Assembly (NCBI GenBank): GCA_938091905.1
Contig: CALKOM010000174.1
Span: forward strand, 1-22,601
Source of the DNA: an uncultured Verrucomicrobiales bacterium
Lineage (GTDB): Bacteria > Verrucomicrobiota > Verrucomicrobiia > Verrucomicrobiales > DEV007
Length of the DNA stretch: 22,601 nucleotides
Direction of reading: 5' to 3'
Both the position numbers and the translations under genes were made by a program. This document shows positions 17,492-22,601 of the stretch, piece by piece. Under the pieces are notes generated by a model. The model did not search any database, was not told where the DNA came from, and saw nothing but the letters and a program-made list of their open reading frames with translations. The stretch's first letter is position 1. The number at the start of each line of letters is the position of its first letter.

Positions 17492-17680
17492 ATGGAGCAA
17501 CTCGCTCTAACGCGCATTACTCTTGCCGCTGTAGCATTCGCCTCCTGATCCAAGACAGAACCCGAGCCTTCCCACCATCGTCCTGGCCACGAACTTGCCC
17601 GTGCCCTGCCCAAATACTCACTGCATACACTCCCCGGACCTCACCTGCATGGACACGCCCCACTTGAGAGAAACCCATGA
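17492..17680 (+). other. Small His-rich lipoprotein-like ORF with TGA at the lipobox Cys position (pseudogene or recoded; not in ORF track)
   Basis: MEQLALTRITLAAVAFAS-TGA(17546)-SKTEPEPSHHRPGHELARALPKYSLHTLPGPHLHGHAPLERNP*. It starts 22 nt after the cusA stop. Confidence 0.45.
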
Positions 17681-17739
17681 AACAAGACGATGCCAACCAA
17701 AGGATGCGTCGCCTGATAAAAAAGATTACGGATTCAAGT

Positions 17740-19017
17740 CTAAGTGAACAAGTGTCTGACAGGAACACCGCCATCAGTGATCGGAATGGGCCGGTCCCCG
17801 TCTGAAAGTTCTTTGTGAGGATCGATTCCCAAAGCTTGATGGGTCGTGGCGTGGAAGTCCGGAATCGATACCGGATGAGAGACAGGCTTCTTAGAAAGTT
17901 CGTCCGTTTCGCCCCAGGCACCGCAGTGATTCAGACCACCGCCCGCCACTACCGTGCTAAAGGCAGCGCTTTGGTGACCGCGTCCACCCCTGGCATCAAA
18001 CTGAGCCGGCCGACCGAATTCAGACGCAAGCACGATAAGGGTCTTGTCTAACATCTGCTGATTTTCGAGATCATCCATCAAGGCTGAGAGGGCGATATCG
18101 ACATCCTGTATTAGAAGGTGTTGTTTCATTTGACCTTCATTGTGCGTATCCCACCCAGTACCATTGGTGAAGTTAAGATTGTGGAGAACTTCAACGAATC
18201 GCACGCCTCGCTGAACCAATCGCCTCGCTGTCAAACAGCGTTGACCAAACTCGCTGCCATAAGATTCCCGAAGAGAGGCTGGCTCTCGATCCAACTCAAA
18301 CACCTCTCGAAATGAGCCCTCGGTCAGAGCCTGACTTTGACTTATCACGTCGTCGTATTGGGCAATAGGGTGATCTTGTGGTAGCGCCTGTCGGGTAGAC
18401 TCGCGAATGGTTTCTAACAGTTTTAAACGGCGCGCGGCTCGATCTGATTCCAGCCAGGTGGGTCGCGATAAGCCTGCTGGTCCAAGACGTAGGTCTGTCA
18501 GGTAGACGTAGCCATTCCGCGCCCCAAGAAATCCCGGTCCTCGAGAAACACTCGGGTAACCGATGAGAACATAACCAGGGATACTAGCCTCAGACTCTAA
18601 CTGATGGTTTACAATCGAACCAATCGAAGGATAGACCACGGTACCGCTTACAGGTCGACCTGTGTAGACGCGGTTCGTCGCAGCACCGTGCTCATCAATG
18701 ACACGATGATGGGTGGTTCGCAGAATGGTCATCCGATCAAGCCGATCTGCAACACGTGGCAAGTGCTCACACACTTGGACACCGCTGACAGCGGTATCAA
18801 TAGCCTTATAGGCGGAACCGGCGACACGTTTCCCGGGATCACCAAGGCGCTTCGGATCGAAGGTATCGATCTGCGCCATGCCGCCACCAAACCACAGAAA
18901 GATACAAGCTTCGGCCTTGCCAAACGGTATTTTTGGCGCAGCCGTTTCCGCCAGCAAGGACGGCGCGATTAAGCCTCCTGCAAGCTGTGTTAGGAAAGTT
19001 CGGCGATTCGTGTTCAT
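17740..19017 (-). CDS. DUF1501-family protein (Tat-like signal)
   Basis: MNTNRRTFL start at 19017 overlaps the upstream stop as ATGA. Motifs include GGMAQIDTFDPK, FGQRCLTARRLVQRGVRFVEV, GWDTH, SEFGRP and GRGH. Confidence 0.92.
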   Translation of the reverse strand: MNTNRRTFLTQLAGGLIAPSLLAETAAPKIPFGKAEACIFLWFGGGMAQIDTFDPKRLGDPGKRVAGSAYKAIDTAVSGVQVCEHLPRVADRLDRMTILRTTHHRVIDEHGAATNRVYTGRPVSGTVVYPSIGSIVNHQLESEASIPGYVLIGYPSVSRGPGFLGARNGYVYLTDLRLGPAGLSRPTWLESDRAARRLKLLETIRESTRQALPQDHPIAQYDDVISQSQALTEGSFREVFELDREPASLRESYGSEFGQRCLTARRLVQRGVRFVEVLHNLNFTNGTGWDTHNEGQMKQHLLIQDVDIALSALMDDLENQQMLDKTLIVLASEFGRPAQFDARGGRGHQSAAFSTVVAGGGLNHCGAWGETDELSKKPVSHPVSIPDFHATTHQALGIDPHKELSDGDRPIPITDGGVPVRHLFT

Positions 19018-22000
19018 GGGGTGTATTGCATCTCCGGTGCGTTGATGATGGCCCAAATGGCATCTTCCATCCGCGTTCTCCAGGCTGGGTTTAAGAAGGC
19101 TGTTGCCGGAGGCCCCAGTTCGACCTGACGCTCTGTTTCGGCTGCGTAGAAGTTCGCTTCTGGACTGAGATGATTGCTCCAGGTGACTTCACGTACCTCA
19201 GGAACATAGTGTGCTTTCTGATAGTCACATGCAGGCCTGGCTAGGCGCGATTCGAACCCTTCTGACAAGAGCGCAAGGATCGCCGTCTGCTCTGCTTCGA
19301 CCGGGTCTCGGCTTAGAAATCGACTGTAGAGTTCGTTTGCTAACGCGTGAGGTGTATCGGCTTCAATGGCAAGCTTGGTTAGATCACTGAAAGGGCTGAG
19401 CCGGGTGATCCAGGTCGCAAAGACGCCGTTGGCAAGCATGCCTGGCTGCAAGACAGTGGTCTCCATCTCGCGCACGGTGATGGGCTCTGATCGATCGGGA
19501 CGCCAACCAAACGCCTTCATCACGGAGACAATGGAATCTGCGCGAGGCAATGTCAGACTGGGGCGATCACGGTCACTGGCTAGAGATACGAAATGCCACG
19601 CACGTGTGGGGCGCCCTAGGTTCTGAAAGGTAGCAGCGCTGCTCGTGCCAGGCACATCCAAGGTAAGCTCTTCACTGTAGATGGGCACGCCAGTGGCAGC
19701 AAAGAGACTATCGACTAGTTGCTCCGCCGAGAGACGACGTTTCAACGGCGCTTCAAACAGTCGTTCCTTAGTAGGTTCTAACTCCGCTTCGCGGCGATAA
19801 GCATCACTGGTTAGGATGAGGATGGATAGCCGATCGAGGTCATAGCCGTGGGCGATGAAATCTCGTGCCAAGTAGTCCAAGAGTTGGGGATGACTCGGCT
19901 CATTCCCCTCCCAATCACTGGCTGGTTCCACGAATCCTTGTCCGAAATAACGTTGCCACACTCGGTTTACGATCACCTGTGCAAAGCGGTGGTTCTGTGG
20001 CCGCGTCAGCTCCCAGGCGAGCCGTTCTTGAGATGATTGCTGCCCATTTACGGAGGAGCCAAATGGCCAAGCTGGCTCCACAGGCGTCCCAGGCTCTAAC
20101 GTCATCTTCACCTTAGACTCGCGATCGCCAATTCGTTTGAAGAAACTCAACGGCACCGTAGATGTCTTCGGCACCTTCAAGGGCTTGCCCTCTAACATTG
20201 CGGCAAGGCCAAAGAGATCTTTCTGGGTCGATTGATGGTAGGGGGCATCGTGACAACGCGCACATTTCATTTCCGTGCCGAGAAAAGCGGTCGCAATCAC
20301 ATGCGCTTTGGCCGCAGCAGGCGCGTCGTTCTCCGTAGCGATTTTAAAACCAGCCGCGCCACCGTCAAGCGGACTTCCCTGCAAGGCGATCAGTTCGCTC
20401 ACAAACTGATCGAATGGAAGTTTGTCGCGCAAGGCTTCATAGATCCACCAGCGAAAGGGTCCTGTGTTATTTAATTTTCCCTTCACCAGCCGTGGGTTCT
20501 CTGCTAGCACATCCTGCCAATAGCTCGTCCAATGATCTGCGTGACGGGGATCCTTTATCAACTTCTTCACCCAACGCTCTGTACGATCGTCCGAGTCATC
20601 GCATTTGAATTTATTAATGTCTTCAGTGGTAGGAAAGATACCTACCGTATCCAAATACAACCGTCTCAGAAAGGTGGCATCGTCCAATGGCGGCGGGACA
20701 TGAGTTTTTTCCGTCACTGTGTTCCATGGCGCACCTTTCGTGATCCACGCCTCTAGCAAATCGACTTCTTTTCCGGTGAGGCGTTTTCCTTTGGGAGGCA
20801 TGCGTTCGTCCAAATCTTTACTTAAGATGCGCCGCATGATGGCGCTGGTGTGAGGACTCCCTGGCACGATAGCCGCCACCCCTGTTTCGCCTCCTGCGAT
20901 CGCGGCCTCACGAGTGTTCAACCTCAGGTCTCCTTTTGCCTTACTACCGTGACAACGAGTGCAGTGCTCGCGAAGGATGGCTTGCCCTGGGTGCAACGCT
21001 TGTGGGCGATCGTTGATCTTTGCCGCAAGGAAGTGATCAATAGCCGTCGCGCCCATGATGCCATCGGGCAATGCTATCGGCGCAAGCGCATCAATATAGG
21101 GGCGTGCTTCGGCCTGACGTTGTTTCCAATCCACGCGAAGGCGCTGACGTCGTTCGTCGGCCAAGGTGACGAAACTGGCGGCTTGCCCCTGTCGGTAGGC
21201 CTCCATTCCTGTAGGGGAGAACTCTCGCGGCTCTCCCGTCGGAGATGTTACGAGATGCCATGCTGAATCCCCTATCTTCCGGCATGCTACTAGCAATTCT
21301 CCTAAACTGAACCGGATCGACTCCCGGCCGACGACAGCTTCCAGAATAACCTCGTGTCTGCCAGAAGACGCAGGGAGACGCACCAACACATCTCGGGTGC
21401 CAAGTCTCGCGCGGGGATAGGGTGTCTCTGCCACAGCAGGTCGCATGAGCTGATGGGCATGGCTCCCCATCTGATAGGATTCTAACTTAGTGATCACTTC
21501 GCCATTAACAAGCAACCTCGCAAGGCTGGGTGCGCGCAAGAGTAGTTCTCGCGGTTCGTCACAGAGCTCAATGTAAGTCGCCATGCGAATCAGCGTGGCT
21601 CGCCGCCGTTCTCGGCTACCGCCTTGAACATAACGTTGCGGTAAATCACACAATGCCATGGCAGACACTTCGAAACTCGCAGGATCCTCAACCATGCGCT
21701 CGGGCCAGGAATGCCCTTCGGCGAGATCGTCGAAGACCTCGACTCTTACAGCGTTGTCGTTCACGAGATTCCAATCGACCGCAGGCAAGCTGCTTCCAAA
21801 GTCCACGCGATCGGCTAGTATTTCATCAGAAAGAAGCTCTCGGTGAACGGCAACCTCGTCGAGTGCGCCTCGCCAACTATTTCCCGTTTCTCCACCGCGG
21901 GAAGAGCCGACCCACACTTCCGCATCATCGACGACCGGAGGGCGCGTCGTTTTCCCGCCTAGATCCCAAGTGCCTGCAGACTTCTTGCCGTTGACAAAGG

Positions 22001-22535
22001 CCGTGACACTCTCAGGTTCACCAAAGCGATAGCGCACGGCAACATGATGCCACAGTTTCCCTGGCACAATCCCAAGGTCAGAATTCCAGCGATGGAATGC
22101 TTCCGTTTCGTGACCGAAAGGATGGCTACGAAAGAGAAAGCTAACACGATACTGACTACCGACTTTCATCAGACGCAGCGCCCAGTTCTGATTCTCCTTG
22201 TCTGTGCTGAGCCGCCCCTTACCAATAATGTAGGGAGTTGTGCTTGTCTTCCCGTCCAACTTAATCCAGGCCTCGATGGTGATGGGATCTCCTTGATCGA
22301 AACGCAGTGATTCTGAATCTGAAAGCCTAATGAAGCTGCCTTTTCCATCGAATTGGGCAGCGCGATTCCCGCTGGCCAGATTCCTAGAGACCTGTTGGTT
22401 TGGTCCGTTTACAAAGACTACTTTGCCCTCGAATTTTACTTCAGAATCGGCAGGCTCGAAACTCCAGTGCGCCACTGGTTCGGCCGATGCGCCGACAATT
22501 AGGGCTATCGTCACGAGGAAGACGTTTTGTAGCAT
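19014..22535 (-). CDS. LamG + planctomycete cytochrome c + DUF1549/DUF1553 protein
   Basis: Signal peptide, LamG domain (VAHWSFE...WHHVAV...GALDEVAV), CTRCH heme motif with RMPP, FLRRLYLDTVG, CARCHDAP, VNRVWQRYFGQG.V, PSHPQLLDYLA and RRLSAEQLVDS. Confidence 0.92.
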   Translation of the reverse strand: MLQNVFLVTIALIVGASAEPVAHWSFEPADSEVKFEGKVVFVNGPNQQVSRNLASGNRAAQFDGKGSFIRLSDSESLRFDQGDPITIEAWIKLDGKTSTTPYIIGKGRLSTDKENQNWALRLMKVGSQYRVSFLFRSHPFGHETEAFHRWNSDLGIVPGKLWHHVAVRYRFGEPESVTAFVNGKKSAGTWDLGGKTTRPPVVDDAEVWVGSSRGGETGNSWRGALDEVAVHRELLSDEILADRVDFGSSLPAVDWNLVNDNAVRVEVFDDLAEGHSWPERMVEDPASFEVSAMALCDLPQRYVQGGSRERRRATLIRMATYIELCDEPRELLLRAPSLARLLVNGEVITKLESYQMGSHAHQLMRPAVAETPYPRARLGTRDVLVRLPASSGRHEVILEAVVGRESIRFSLGELLVACRKIGDSAWHLVTSPTGEPREFSPTGMEAYRQGQAASFVTLADERRQRLRVDWKQRQAEARPYIDALAPIALPDGIMGATAIDHFLAAKINDRPQALHPGQAILREHCTRCHGSKAKGDLRLNTREAAIAGGETGVAAIVPGSPHTSAIMRRILSKDLDERMPPKGKRLTGKEVDLLEAWITKGAPWNTVTEKTHVPPPLDDATFLRRLYLDTVGIFPTTEDINKFKCDDSDDRTERWVKKLIKDPRHADHWTSYWQDVLAENPRLVKGKLNNTGPFRWWIYEALRDKLPFDQFVSELIALQGSPLDGGAAGFKIATENDAPAAAKAHVIATAFLGTEMKCARCHDAPYHQSTQKDLFGLAAMLEGKPLKVPKTSTVPLSFFKRIGDRESKVKMTLEPGTPVEPAWPFGSSVNGQQSSQERLAWELTRPQNHRFAQVIVNRVWQRYFGQGFVEPASDWEGNEPSHPQLLDYLARDFIAHGYDLDRLSILILTSDAYRREAELEPTKERLFEAPLKRRLSAEQLVDSLFAATGVPIYSEELTLDVPGTSSAATFQNLGRPTRAWHFVSLASDRDRPSLTLPRADSIVSVMKAFGWRPDRSEPITVREMETTVLQPGMLANGVFATWITRLSPFSDLTKLAIEADTPHALANELYSRFLSRDPVEAEQTAILALLSEGFESRLARPACDYQKAHYVPEVREVTWSNHLSPEANFYAAETERQVELGPPATAFLNPAWRTRMEDAIWAIINAPEMQYTP

Positions 22536-22601
22536 GGCTTCAAGAGTGGATCAGTTCCATGCACTGAATGCAAGATCGCTTAAAACGCGTTATTTCGCCT
22601 C

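Noticed and set aside
17517..17921. 134-aa minus-strand ORF and the many other short ORFs overlapping long genes
   Set aside because: They are shadow or antisense frames of well-supported genes and have no recognisable motifs.
22536..22601. Possible minus-strand promoter TTGCAT-N17-TCCACT upstream of the DUF1553 gene
   Set aside because: The -10 match is weak and there is no independent support.
1..22601. CRISPR arrays, tRNA (including tRNA-Sec), rRNA, sel genes, intrinsic terminators
   Set aside because: None recognised by eye in this window; a covariance-model scan would be needed to exclude small RNAs.

Overview
Bacterial DNA with a PVC-type (Planctomycetota/Verrucomicrobiota) gene repertoire, in three parts. 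(1) 1-7334 is a decaying zone. An ISL3-type IS end interrupts a lamin-tail/CotH gene, followed by a broken DUF1592-type/DUF1552 pair, intact DUF1080 and sulfatase genes, and a truncated PDZ-protein pseudogene. (2) 7417-17680 is a co-oriented heavy-metal locus: sigma70-like promoter, Cys-rich leader ORF, outer-membrane beta-barrel, SAM methyltransferase, CusC/CusB/CusA-type Cu(I)/Ag(I) RND pump, and a small His-rich lipoprotein-like ORF. (3) 17740-22535 is a convergent DUF1501 plus LamG/cytochrome c/DUF1549/DUF1553 pair. The main finding is missed by the ORF track. The beta-barrel gene most likely starts at ATG 8096 with a signal peptide followed by Q-TGA-G-G-TGA, that is two in-frame UGA codons in CxxC spacing, with a bacterial SECIS-like hairpin just downstream. 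This points to an exported double-selenocysteine (UGGU) outer-membrane protein heading a copper/silver efflux operon. All family calls come from motif recognition by eye; no searches were run.
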